A DNA stretch of 64,000 nucleotides from a bacterium (GTDB lineage: Bacteria; UBA10199; 2-02-FULL-50-16; JAJFLM01). The DNA lies in the NCBI GenBank assembly GCA_965216315.1, contig CBDCFN010000016.1, positions 1,024,001 to 1,088,000 of the forward strand. Direction: 5' to 3'. A program made the position numbers and the translations under genes. Within the stretch, counting starts at the first letter, position 1, and every line of letters begins with the position of its first letter. This document shows positions 10,063-18,475 of the stretch, piece after piece. Below the pieces are notes generated by a model. The model was given only the letters and a program-made list of their open reading frames with translations. It had not been told where the DNA came from and made no database searches.

Positions 10063-11250
10063 ATGAGATGGGCTTCCGCCGTATCGGGTCATAAGAGCAT
10101 TCGCAAGGCCGTCGCACAGACTTCCCAAGAAATTCAATCTCAACTGGAAGGACGCCGTCCCGATTTAATCCTTATTTTTGTTTCGGATTATTTTGCCGCC
10201 GACTACGAAAAAATTCCGAATCTCGTCGCGGAATTCGCGAATGGTGCGATGATTGTCGGCTGTTCCGCTGGAGGCGTTATCGGTGGCGGGCGTGAAGTGG
10301 AACAGGGGCCAGGTTTTTCGATGACCGCTGCACTGCTTCCAGGCGTCGATATCATACCACTTCGCATGCAGACCAATTTAATTCCAGATGAGGAGGCCTC
10401 CTTGCAAGAATGGGAGGCTGTGCTTCACCTGAAGACCGATATGAATCCTGAGTTTGTCCTCTTACCTGAGCCATACTCTTTCGACGTGGAATATTTTTTA
10501 AAAGGTCTCGATAAATCGTTTCCGCAAAGCCAAAAAGTAGGGGGGATGGTGAGTGGTGATTATGACAGAGGGGGACATGCGATGTTCCTGGGAAAAAAAG
10601 TCTATCGCGAGGGCATGATTGGGATAGCTATGTCGGGAAATGTGACCGTCGATACACTTGTGGCGCAGGGGTGTCGTCCCGTTGGCCACCCCATGTTTGT
10701 CACTCGTTGTGAAGAAAATATTCTTTATGAACTCGATGGTCAGGAGCCGGTGGCAGCCATGCGAGATCTCTATAATGAAATGGATGAGGCCGATCAGGAG
10801 TTGTTCTCAACCTCTTTGTTTATCGGTGTCGTCATGAAAGATTCTCTTCAGGAGTATAAACAGGGCGACTTCTTGATTCGAAATATTATCGGTATTGAAA
10901 CCGAGACAGGGGCCTTAATAACAGGCGCCGATGTTCATGAAAATTCCGTTGTCCAGTTTCATCTTCGCGATGCGGCGACATCAGATGCGGACTTGACGGC
11001 ATTACTGACGCAGTATGTGAAAGGAAGTGGAAAGGGAACCGCGCGGGGTTCGTTATTGTTTTCTTGTTTGGGTCGCGGCATGGATCTCTATGGTTGCCCC
11101 AATCATGATACGGACTTATTGAAAAAATACTTGGGAGAGCTGCCGGTAGGAGGTTTCTTTTGTAATGGGGAAATCGGTCCGGTTCAAGGGAGTACCTTCT
11201 TGCACGGATATACCAGCTCGTTCGGATTTTTCAGGAGCCGTCGTTCCTGA
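10063..11250 (+). CDS. FIST (FIST_N/FIST_C) sensory-domain protein
   Basis: GCSAGGVIG, VAQGCRPVG, FSCLGRG, GGFFCNGEIGPV motifs. Confidence 0.92.
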   Translation: MRWASAVSGHKSIRKAVAQTSQEIQSQLEGRRPDLILIFVSDYFAADYEKIPNLVAEFANGAMIVGCSAGGVIGGGREVEQGPGFSMTAALLPGVDIIPLRMQTNLIPDEEASLQEWEAVLHLKTDMNPEFVLLPEPYSFDVEYFLKGLDKSFPQSQKVGGMVSGDYDRGGHAMFLGKKVYREGMIGIAMSGNVTVDTLVAQGCRPVGHPMFVTRCEENILYELDGQEPVAAMRDLYNEMDEADQELFSTSLFIGVVMKDSLQEYKQGDFLIRNIIGIETETGALITGADVHENSVVQFHLRDAATSDADLTALLTQYVKGSGKGTARGSLLFSCLGRGMDLYGCPNHDTDLLKKYLGELPVGGFFCNGEIGPVQGSTFLHGYTSSFGFFRSRRS

Positions 11251-12046
11251 CTTGAATGGTGACGGGTTCATTTAACTCACTGTCTAAGACTTCAAGCGCC
11301 GAACCGTTGCGCGCCGAAATTTCGAGAAAACCCGTCGATCCCCAGACGGCCAACAAGGATTCGCGCGCGGCCTGTTCATAAGTGCGTCCGAGCGGGATTT
11401 CCCAGTCGGCGATTTCAATCAGGCCGGCCTTCGTTTTAATGGATTGTTGATAGTCATCAAGGTGGATGTTGGTGATGAGGTTGCCGAAGCGGTCGATATG
11501 CATGACTTGCCCGTTGAGGCCGATCTCGGCGCTGTACTCGGCGTTGGGAGCCGAGAGCTTTTGGGGTTTGCCCTGAAGGGCCTCGCCGAGTGAATCCATG
11601 TTGCCATCCTGCGCAAGGTGGGCGGCGCAGGGGGCAAAAATATCGCGGCCGTGAAAGGTGGCGCTGACGGGATGACGCCACAAGCGTTCATTAGAGAGGT
11701 GAACAATGCGCTTAACGGCTTCCCGTTCGTAAATATATGAAAAAATGCCGTTATCGGGGCCAATGAAGTAATAGCTGCCGGCTTCGACGGCGATCGGCAA
11801 GCGCTTGCCCCCGACGCCCGGGTCGACCACACAGACAAAAATCGTTCCTTCCGGATAATCCCGATAGATCATTCGGAGCACAAAGGCGGCCTGCAAGATA
11901 TTCTGGGGGCGAATATGATGGCAGATGTCGATGATGGGCACGTCGGAGGCGACGTTATAGATCGCGGCCTTGAGGCTGCCCACGTAAGTATCCGTCGTGC
12001 CGAAGTCAGTCAGGAGCGCGATGGGCCGGAGCGAAGTGTTTGACAT
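11231..12046 (-). CDS. SAM hydrolase / SAM-dependent halogenase family (DUF62)
   Basis: LLTDFG, VVDPGVG, GPDNG, TFHGRDIFAP, IDRFGNLITN. Confidence 0.92.
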   Translation of the reverse strand: MSNTSLRPIALLTDFGTTDTYVGSLKAAIYNVASDVPIIDICHHIRPQNILQAAFVLRMIYRDYPEGTIFVCVVDPGVGGKRLPIAVEAGSYYFIGPDNGIFSYIYEREAVKRIVHLSNERLWRHPVSATFHGRDIFAPCAAHLAQDGNMDSLGEALQGKPQKLSAPNAEYSAEIGLNGQVMHIDRFGNLITNIHLDDYQQSIKTKAGLIEIADWEIPLGRTYEQAARESLLAVWGSTGFLEISARNGSALEVLDSELNEPVTIQVRNDGS

Positions 12047-12222
12047 AGTCTCCCTCAATACCGGATTCGGTCGAACCGGCCAAGCTTTTTAACGTCGTAT
12101 GCAGTAGCTTTTGACCCTCCCTGTCAAACTCTTGCCGTTACCGGATAGATCGTTTTTGCGGGTGCAATCGAAAGTCGAAGTTATTTCTTACACTTAGTCG
12201 CATAGGGGTCCTGCGTCAGCGC

Positions 12223-12238
12223 TGGCATGAATATTGCT
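12223..12238 (+). promoter_or_regulatory. Sigma-54 (-24/-12) promoter
   Basis: TGGCATGAATATTGCT, GG-N10-GC, upstream of ORF at 12285. Confidence 0.65.
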
Positions 12239-12284
12239 CATTTTATAATGAGTGTGAGCGGGGTGGCGTAAGGACGATAGAGCG

Positions 12285-12530
12285 ATGATCAAAAAAACCG
12301 TCCGGGTATTGATTATTATTGCCGTTTTAATCCCTTTTTTCGGCGACAGTACCGCTCTAAGTGCAGCAAACAGTTACGGTGAAGTGTCATGGCGGCCGAC
12401 ACTTTGGGAGTTGTCCTGGGTGCTTTGGGCCCTTCTGGCGATTTTTGCAGTGCGGAAGAAGCGCTACCACCGTGATGCCAGTTTGCATTGTCACGAGCAT
12501 CTCTATTCAGATCGCCATTGGCACCTCTAA
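12285..12530 (+). CDS. Hypothetical small exported/membrane protein
   Basis: Signal-like N-terminus, one TM followed by basic RKKR; lies downstream of sigma-54 motif and AAGGA RBS. Confidence 0.55.
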   Translation: MIKKTVRVLIIIAVLIPFFGDSTALSAANSYGEVSWRPTLWELSWVLWALLAIFAVRKKRYHRDASLHCHEHLYSDRHWHL

Positions 12531-12579
12531 TGTAATCGCTTGCCTTACTATTCCACTATCCATTATTGGGTTCATCTCT

Positions 12580-12768
12580 ATGGAGGCCGTGCAACAGACA
12601 TTCAACTGTCCTTACTGCGGGGAATCAATTTCGGTGGTACTCGATTTATCCGTGGATGCGCAGTCTTATATTGAAGACTGCGAAGTTTGTTGTCGCCCGA
12701 TTGAACTCCATTATACCGTTGCAAACGCTGACTCTATTGCCTCATTTGAAGCGCGGAGGAGTCAATGA
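12580..12768 (+). CDS. CPXCG-motif cysteine-rich (zinc-ribbon) protein
   Basis: CPYCGE...YIEDCEVCCRPI; ATG at 12580 inside the longer track ORF. Confidence 0.85.
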   Translation: MEAVQQTFNCPYCGESISVVLDLSVDAQSYIEDCEVCCRPIELHYTVANADSIASFEARRSQ

Positions 12769-13427
12769 ATCAGGCGTTTCCTGTTCTCTATACTTTTAGG
12801 CGCTGCCCTTATGCGATCCGGGCCCGGATGACGCTCGCTTATGCGGGCATCAATTTTGAAGTGAGGGAAGTGGTCTTGAGAGACAAGCCACAAGAGATGC
12901 TTATGCTCTCGCCCAAGGGAACGGTGCCCGTGATGCAGTTAACTGACGGGACGGTGCTGGAAGAGAGTCTTGATATCATGAAATGGGCACTTCGACAATC
13001 GGACCCCGATGGTTGGAATCTATCTAATGCTTCTGTCCGTGCGATGATAGATCAGCTGATTGAAGAAAATGATTTTTCTTTCAAACCTTCGCTCGATGGT
13101 TACAAATATCCCCGAGGCAGTCCGGAAAAAACGGCCGAGGAGCATCGGGATGCCGGCGCGGTTTTCTTGGCCGCATTAGAAAGGCGACTGCAAAAATCCG
13201 ATTATCTGTTGGGTGAAACGATTTCCTTGGCGGATGTCGCGCTTTTTCCCTTTGTACGTCAGTTTGCCGGAGTGGACCAGGAGTGGTTTAAGTCATCGAC
13301 CTTTGTCAACTTACGCGCTTGGCTGCATTTTTTTGTCGAGCATCCGCTCTTTACACGAGTGATGCAGAAATATCCGCCGTGGCGGGCCGGAGACGCCCCT
13401 GTGTTCTTTAATAATTTATCAAAATGA
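12765..13427 (+). CDS. Glutathione S-transferase family protein
   Basis: LYTFRRCPYAIRAR, SPKGTVPV, EESLDIM, SLADVALFPFVRQFA. Confidence 0.93.
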   Translation: MNQAFPVLYTFRRCPYAIRARMTLAYAGINFEVREVVLRDKPQEMLMLSPKGTVPVMQLTDGTVLEESLDIMKWALRQSDPDGWNLSNASVRAMIDQLIEENDFSFKPSLDGYKYPRGSPEKTAEEHRDAGAVFLAALERRLQKSDYLLGETISLADVALFPFVRQFAGVDQEWFKSSTFVNLRAWLHFFVEHPLFTRVMQKYPPWRAGDAPVFFNNLSK

Positions 13428-13448
13428 TAAATTTATCATATTGATAAA
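13415..13448. promoter_or_regulatory. Two adjacent 17-bp palindromic sites (candidate sigma-54 enhancer/UAS)
   Basis: TTTATCAAAATGATAAA (13415-13431) and TTTATCATATTGATAAA (13432-13448), 75-110 bp upstream of the sigma-54 motif. Confidence 0.55.
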
Positions 13449-13522
13449 AATTCCTGGTTCCAATAAAATATAAAACTATATGATATTAAATGGTAATCCG
13501 CGATCAAGTGCCGTGGGCTCAA

Positions 13523-13538
13523 TGGCACTGAAATTGCA
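13523..13538 (+). promoter_or_regulatory. Sigma-54 (-24/-12) promoter
   Basis: TGGCACTGAAATTGCA, GG-N10-GC. Confidence 0.75.
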
Positions 13539-13577
13539 GTATTTTCTTGGTGCAAGCGCATGGAGAGGAGAATACAC

Positions 13578-15368
13578 ATGAAACAATACCGATCCATCGC
13601 TTGTCTTTTTTTGCTTATCCTCTTAACGATTCCGACCGATATTCTTGCCGGACCCTTTTGTGAAACCACGGAAAGGGGCTGCGCTGCGGGGCAGTACTGG
13701 GCCGGGTGGCCCGCCTGTCCGGCCACGGGATATCAACCGGGACTCGTGCTGAATAATTGTGAAAACCTATGCATCTGTTCCTATTGTCCGGGACGTAGTT
13801 GTGAAGCCGAGTGTGAAAGCCGATACGGTTCCACGAGTTTTCAGGTCGACAGTGCCGAGGTTGCGCGACGCATCGAACAGCTTGATTGCCGCGCGGTGGG
13901 CTATGGCTGTTCCGAACCTTTTGTCGTCGTCATGACAGATTACGGAGCGGACTGTCGTTGTCCGGCAGGTTCTTATCAGGACGGTGATAGCTGTGTTTGT
14001 CGGGGCGGTGGCACGATGGTGGACGGTGTTTGCATGTGTCCTGGTGGCACGACGCGAGTGCGCGCCGACGGGACGTGTCCGGCGACACCCCCGCCGACCG
14101 ACAGCGCGTGTTTGGCTCCGGTCACGGACACGTGCAGTGCTCAATTGCGCATGCTGGAATTCGCTAAGACCCGGTTCCGCCGCGGGAGTGGTGACTATCT
14201 AACGGCGTACTGGAATTATTGGTGCGGTTGCAAGACGGAAGGGCGCACCGAGGTCTGCGGTTGCTTGAGGGGTGGACCCGATGCGCGCGGCGTGGCGGAT
14301 CCTGAGGGACTTTGTGATGCGGGAACCCCGAAACCGGCGGATTATTGTCCGAGCTGTGCGGAGCCGATGACACTCGTGGATGGAAGCTGTGTGTGTGCAC
14401 CCCCTCGTATAACGGCGGCGGATGGCACTTGTCAGTACCCGGTTGACCGGGAGCGAGACAGGTTGCCATGTTCCCGTCCGCAAATACGCAATGCCGACGG
14501 TGCCTGTGTTTGTCCCGCGCCGGCGACGATGGTAGGCGGGGTCTGCATTTGTCCCGATGGAACGACTTCGATGACTGAGGAGGGCCTCTGTCCGGTGACG
14601 GCCCGTGAGGAGGGTAGTACGCCCGGAACACCCGGAACCGAAATTCCGTGTCCTCCGGGAACGGTGAGGACGGAATCGGGTTGTGACCCGGTTCCCCCAC
14701 GTGTTCCCGGATCGAGTGATGGGCCGCGCTCAGGCGATCTTTTGCCGAGAGATCCGGCGACCGCGACGCCTCCTGCGCAAGGTTCCGATGAGCCACAAGG
14801 GAAGAGTACCGCTCTCGATTGTGGTGCCGCGGTTCAACTGCTGATACCGGAAGCCTACGAACTGCCCGATGGGACTCAAGCGATCGATTCTTATGGTGCC
14901 GCCCAACTGACAGTGTATCCGGATAAATTCCCTGCTCCCAGTCGATCTCCGGAGGTTGCGGATGATCGGCTTCGCTTGGTCAGTGACGCACCGGTTTCGA
15001 TTGACGTCTCCCTCAATCAGGTCAGTGGTTTTGCTCCCCGCGAGATTACCCTGAAATCGGGCGTAGCGGATGATGACGCGGCTAAGGATGCCGCTTCAAT
15101 GCCGGTGGCTCAGATTGAAGGTGCGATCCAAAGCAGGACGACGCACTTTTCGAGCTCACTGCGTACCAATCGTCCCCAGGTCCTTTCCATTGATTTTGGC
15201 ATGGCGCCGGCTAATTGGGATCAGTACATCCAAGGGCGTTACGGTGCGGATCACAACTTCGAGATGCATTTCCTAGTCAATGGAAAGCCTCATGTCTGTC
15301 AATTTAATGTCCCTCAGGTCTTGGCCAGCGTCGAGGGAGGAGCTTGCTCCCTGATACGCCGACCTTAA
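13578..15368 (+). CDS. Secreted cysteine-rich (EGF-like repeat) protein with Pro-rich linker and C-terminal VEGGACSLIRRP tag
   Basis: GGAGAGG RBS; signal peptide; repeated DGxCvC..P units; C-terminal beta-rich domain. Confidence 0.8.
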   Translation: MKQYRSIACLFLLILLTIPTDILAGPFCETTERGCAAGQYWAGWPACPATGYQPGLVLNNCENLCICSYCPGRSCEAECESRYGSTSFQVDSAEVARRIEQLDCRAVGYGCSEPFVVVMTDYGADCRCPAGSYQDGDSCVCRGGGTMVDGVCMCPGGTTRVRADGTCPATPPPTDSACLAPVTDTCSAQLRMLEFAKTRFRRGSGDYLTAYWNYWCGCKTEGRTEVCGCLRGGPDARGVADPEGLCDAGTPKPADYCPSCAEPMTLVDGSCVCAPPRITAADGTCQYPVDRERDRLPCSRPQIRNADGACVCPAPATMVGGVCICPDGTTSMTEEGLCPVTAREEGSTPGTPGTEIPCPPGTVRTESGCDPVPPRVPGSSDGPRSGDLLPRDPATATPPAQGSDEPQGKSTALDCGAAVQLLIPEAYELPDGTQAIDSYGAAQLTVYPDKFPAPSRSPEVADDRLRLVSDAPVSIDVSLNQVSGFAPREITLKSGVADDDAAKDAASMPVAQIEGAIQSRTTHFSSSLRTNRPQVLSIDFGMAPANWDQYIQGRYGADHNFEMHFLVNGKPHVCQFNVPQVLASVEGGACSLIRRP

Positions 15369-15597
15369 GAGATCTTCGCTCATAGCTTTTGACAGGACAG
15401 AAAGAGGGTGCTACGGTCCGCCGCATCTCTCAGGGCTAGCAGGAACCTCAATTCCGTTTAGGAGGGGGTGACAGCGAGCGAAGCGAGTGTCCTCAGGGGG
15501 AACACCGTTCCCCCTAGGAAAGTTGTTTCACGTTATTGAAGTGAGGATGGTTGACGTGCTTCGCGCGTAGCGAAGCCCTCGAGAGCAATATAGATAT

Positions 15598-15669
15598 TCC
15601 GGGGTAGCTCAGCGGCAGAGTAGGTGGCTGTTAACCACTTGGTCGTGGGTTCGAATCCCACCCCCGGAG
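15598..15669 (+). tRNA. tRNA-Asn (GTT); CCA end not fully encoded
   Basis: TCCGGGG acceptor pairs with CCCCGGA; D arm GCTC/GAGT; anticodon arm GGTGG-CTGTTAA-CCACT; T arm GTGGG-TTCGAAT-CCCAC. Confidence 0.97.
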
Positions 15670-15870
15670 CATAAAAATCCGTTGGACCCTTCTGGGTCCG
15701 GCGGATTTTTTTTGTTTCGTGGTGGGTGAGACCCCCAACTGTGTTGGAAGGTTCGACGAGCGCTTCGCCGAAGGCGAAGACTTACGAAGTGCAATCGTCA
15801 TAAAGACGATTGCCTCCCTCCGAAGCGGGGAGTCCGCCAGCGGCGGACGAGCAAATCCCACCCCCGGAGC
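15649..15870 (+). repeat. 222-bp unit U, copy 1: att core, terminator, stacked hairpins, second att core
   Basis: Identical by eye to 29632-29853; AATCCCACCCCCGGAGC at both ends. Confidence 0.95.
15673..15713 (+). terminator. Rho-independent terminator after tRNA-Asn (copies at about 20148-20188 and 29656-29696)
   Basis: AAAAATCCGTTGGACCC-TTCT-GGGTCCGGCGGA followed by T8. Confidence 0.85.
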
Positions 15871-16990
15871 AAATTATCCCCTCTAAGTCATTGTACTTGG
15901 AGGGGATTTTTTTAGGTCGTGACAAGTGGTCACCATTTGGTCGCCACATGGGCTGAACTGTTGCGTGTGACTCCGAAATAAATTCCTGACCGACGTTCAC
16001 GCCTCGATTGACCTTCTCGCGCCACTCACTCATCTGCTCAGGAATCATGTGCGTGTAGTGATCGGTAATGCCGCTGGTCTTTTGTCCGACCCATTCCATT
16101 AGTGTCTTCTTGTCGACACCGGCTTTTAGCATACGCGAAATGTACGTGTGCCGCAGCTGATGCAGGGTCCGTTCAAACTTGTGATCGGACTTGAAGGTAT
16201 ACCATTGATGTTCAAAGGCCTTACGGGTCCCGCTCAAAATGGATTCGCAGGGAATTGTCGGAATCAGTTCCATGATAACGTCGGGCAGCGGGACCACGCG
16301 GGCCCGATAGGTCTTGGTTGTTGCGCCCTCGACAGACTTGATCCGAACTACGCCCAGGCGCAGGTCAAAATCAGATTTTTTGAGCTGCGCTAGCTCGCCC
16401 ATCCGCATCCCCGTGTTGTAAAGCACAAGGCAGACACGTTTCACCTCTTCCTGCGCGTTGCGCATCACGAAGCGGAACTCTTCGTCCGTCCACGGAACTT
16501 GCTGGATCTTTGGTGTGTTGCGCGGCTTCTCGACGCCCTCAACGGGATTTTCAAAGGCAAAGCCATTGTCGATGGCCTTTTTGAACATGGTATTGAGGAT
16601 GCCTAAGTCATTGCGTACCGTCTTGGCCGAACGACCCAAAGCGCGCCGGTGGTTTCTAAAAGCGACCACATCCGCGCGGTCAATGTTGCAGACCAGCATG
16701 TCCTTGAAGAAAGAGACAAAGTTGGAACGGATCCGATAACAGGAACTACGCAGATAGCGCTCGGATTTTTCGCGGAAGTGATTCTCAATGAAAAGCTCAG
16801 CGTAGTCAGCGAAGGGAATCGGCTCGACGCTCTCCATGCCGGCGCGGCGGCGCCCCAGGTAGTCTTCCTTGAGCCGCAGAAACTCCTTGGCGTTCTGACG
16901 GTCCTTGAACGACTGCGTGTACCTAACGCCAGCCTCGCGCCAGTCGACGACCCAGCGCTTGCGATTTTTGCGATACCGAATCACGGCCAT
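15782..16990 (-). CDS. Tyrosine recombinase/integrase; ORF reads through the att core
   Basis: Arm-binding-like N-terminus, SAM-like core, TGMRMGE, LHQLRH, DHYTH catalytic motifs. Confidence 0.93.
   Translation of the reverse strand: MAVIRYRKNRKRWVVDWREAGVRYTQSFKDRQNAKEFLRLKEDYLGRRRAGMESVEPIPFADYAELFIENHFREKSERYLRSSCYRIRSNFVSFFKDMLVCNIDRADVVAFRNHRRALGRSAKTVRNDLGILNTMFKKAIDNGFAFENPVEGVEKPRNTPKIQQVPWTDEEFRFVMRNAQEEVKRVCLVLYNTGMRMGELAQLKKSDFDLRLGVVRIKSVEGATTKTYRARVVPLPDVIMELIPTIPCESILSGTRKAFEHQWYTFKSDHKFERTLHQLRHTYISRMLKAGVDKKTLMEWVGQKTSGITDHYTHMIPEQMSEWREKVNRGVNVGQEFISESHATVQPMWRPNGDHLSRPKKIPSKYNDLEGIICSGGGICSSAAGGLPASEGGNRLYDDCTS
15876..15913 (+). terminator. Element-supplied terminator just inside the left end of E1
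   Basis: ATCCCCTCTAAGT-CATTGT-ACTTGGAGGGGAT followed by T run. Confidence 0.7.
15926..15946. promoter_or_regulatory. Putative integrase arm-type binding site pair (also 19952-19972 and 29460-29480)
   Basis: GTGGTCACCATTTGGTC(A/G)CCA seen three times, each near an att core. Confidence 0.7.
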
Positions 16991-17174
16991 GTTGTCTGTA
17001 CCTCTCGATGTCTCTTATGACCTCGCTGACCTTAAAGAGCCAGCGCCGGCCCGCCTTATAGCCGGTGATGATGCCCTGGGCGGCCCAGCGATAGAGCGTG
17101 TCCTTGGGAACCGGCACGACTTGGAAGGCTACCAGCTGGTCCAGGGTCACGAACTTTTCCGGTTCTCGATTCAT
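16923..17174 (-). CDS. Excisionase-like HTH protein (recombination directionality factor)
   Basis: TLYRWAAQGIITGYKAGRRWLF HTH_17/Xis-like signature; immediately upstream of int. Confidence 0.8.
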   Translation of the reverse strand: MNREPEKFVTLDQLVAFQVVPVPKDTLYRWAAQGIITGYKAGRRWLFKVSEVIRDIERYRQHGRDSVSQKSQALGRRLARGWR

Positions 17175-17377
17175 TAACTTTATTCTCGCTCTGAGGCAAC
17201 TAGGCCCTGAGAATAGAGTTGCATGCGGTGTGCCAGGAAGGCCTAAAAAATTCTTTAAGAATATTATGGGGATAGAAATGACATCACTTTAGGGTGGTGG
17301 TAAAGTTACCAGTAGTTACCGGTAACTTTTATTGAAGTTACCACATTAATATGGCGGTTATGAGCAGATGCCAGTGA

Positions 17378-17878
17378 TCAGTCGAAATTAGCCAAGACAA
17401 CGTGCACCCTTACGCCTTCATGCGATACAGTATGTACCTCCTTTTCCTTAATTTTTGCGTCTGGTGGTAACCTAGAATCAAATTTCGTGATATCCGGACC
17501 TATCAAAAAAAACATATTTGTATTGTCGGATATCCTGACGTGCTCAAATATTCGTGTATCTGCAATCTGGGGTGAATATTCTTCCATAAAATCTGGGCTA
17601 GTAAAACGAGCCCCTCGTGTTTCTACAGATACGTAATTCTTGATGTCTCTTATAGGGGTTTTAGCCCGCTTCCTCTTCTCATTAAACCTATGTGTATTTG
17701 TCTGATCGTAGATATGGGTCACCCAATGGTATCGTCCATCCCTGTGATAACTGGTGTGATGCTCGCCACCTTCTATAGGTGTCCGGAAATATACACCGTT
17801 AACTGCAATTCTTATGATGAGCGGCCGATACGTTTTGCCGTCGATCTCATAAAAAAATGAAAATACATTCTTTGCCAT
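17378..17878 (-). CDS. Hypothetical protein (AT-rich cargo of E1)
   Basis: 166-aa ORF with AGGGG RBS; no recognised motif. Confidence 0.65.
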   Translation of the reverse strand: MAKNVFSFFYEIDGKTYRPLIIRIAVNGVYFRTPIEGGEHHTSYHRDGRYHWVTHIYDQTNTHRFNEKRKRAKTPIRDIKNYVSVETRGARFTSPDFMEEYSPQIADTRIFEHVRISDNTNMFFLIGPDITKFDSRLPPDAKIKEKEVHTVSHEGVRVHVVLANFD

Positions 17879-18208
17879 ACCATAGCCCCTCGACTTAATC
17901 GACCGTTTGCAATCTCATTCCGGCCATGAACTTCTTATCCCCGGCGCCATTTCTCATCTTTCTTCATGCCCGACCCCCCAACCACTTATAATCTCTATAT
18001 TTATGATTTATATTTCTACCAATATCACCATCACTCTCCCGCAATAGTACCCCCCAGCACCCGCAGTGTCTCCTGACCCCAGCATCTTGTACTACCGGAA
18101 GGTACGTAGAGAGGGTGGGGTCAGAAGTGTCCGGCGCTAAGCCGGACAAGCGAAGGGTGTGATATGATGGCGCTATTTCAGTTACCTAGTTGTCCGGTTA
18201 CTTTCCGG

Positions 18209-18338
18209 TCACCGGAAAGTTTACCGGACAGTTTAGTAGGGGTACCCGGTCTTAAATCATCACCGGACACTTATATATTTTTGTGACAATGAGACGCATT
18301 CACCCTCGTATCGTGTCCTTAACCGCATCGGATAAGAA
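18209..18338. repeat. About 130-bp internal repeat shared with E2 (27568-27698)
   Basis: TCACCGGAAA.TTTACCGGACA.TTTAGTAGGGGTA.CCGGTCTTAAATCATCACCGG(G)ACACTTATATATTTTTGTGACAATGAGA in both. Confidence 0.9.
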
Positions 18339-18475
18339 CGGATCTGAAGACGGAGGGAGCTCAGTCAGCACCTCATGAGCGCTTCAACTCTCAAAATAGC
18401 ATAATAATATTAAATAGTTATAAAATATAGGGACACGAATCATCCTGTGTTCTTGCATAATCGTCTCTTTTTTTC

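Noticed and set aside
15609..15861. ORFs 15609-15794 and 15631-15861, and their twins 29617-29970 and 29630-29995
   Set aside because: Translations of the tRNA and the non-coding hairpin repeat; no protein features
15782..16990. Integron integrase with attC cassettes
   Set aside because: Has an arm-binding-type N-terminus and an adjacent Xis, targets a tRNA; no IntI-specific insertion or attC pattern recognised
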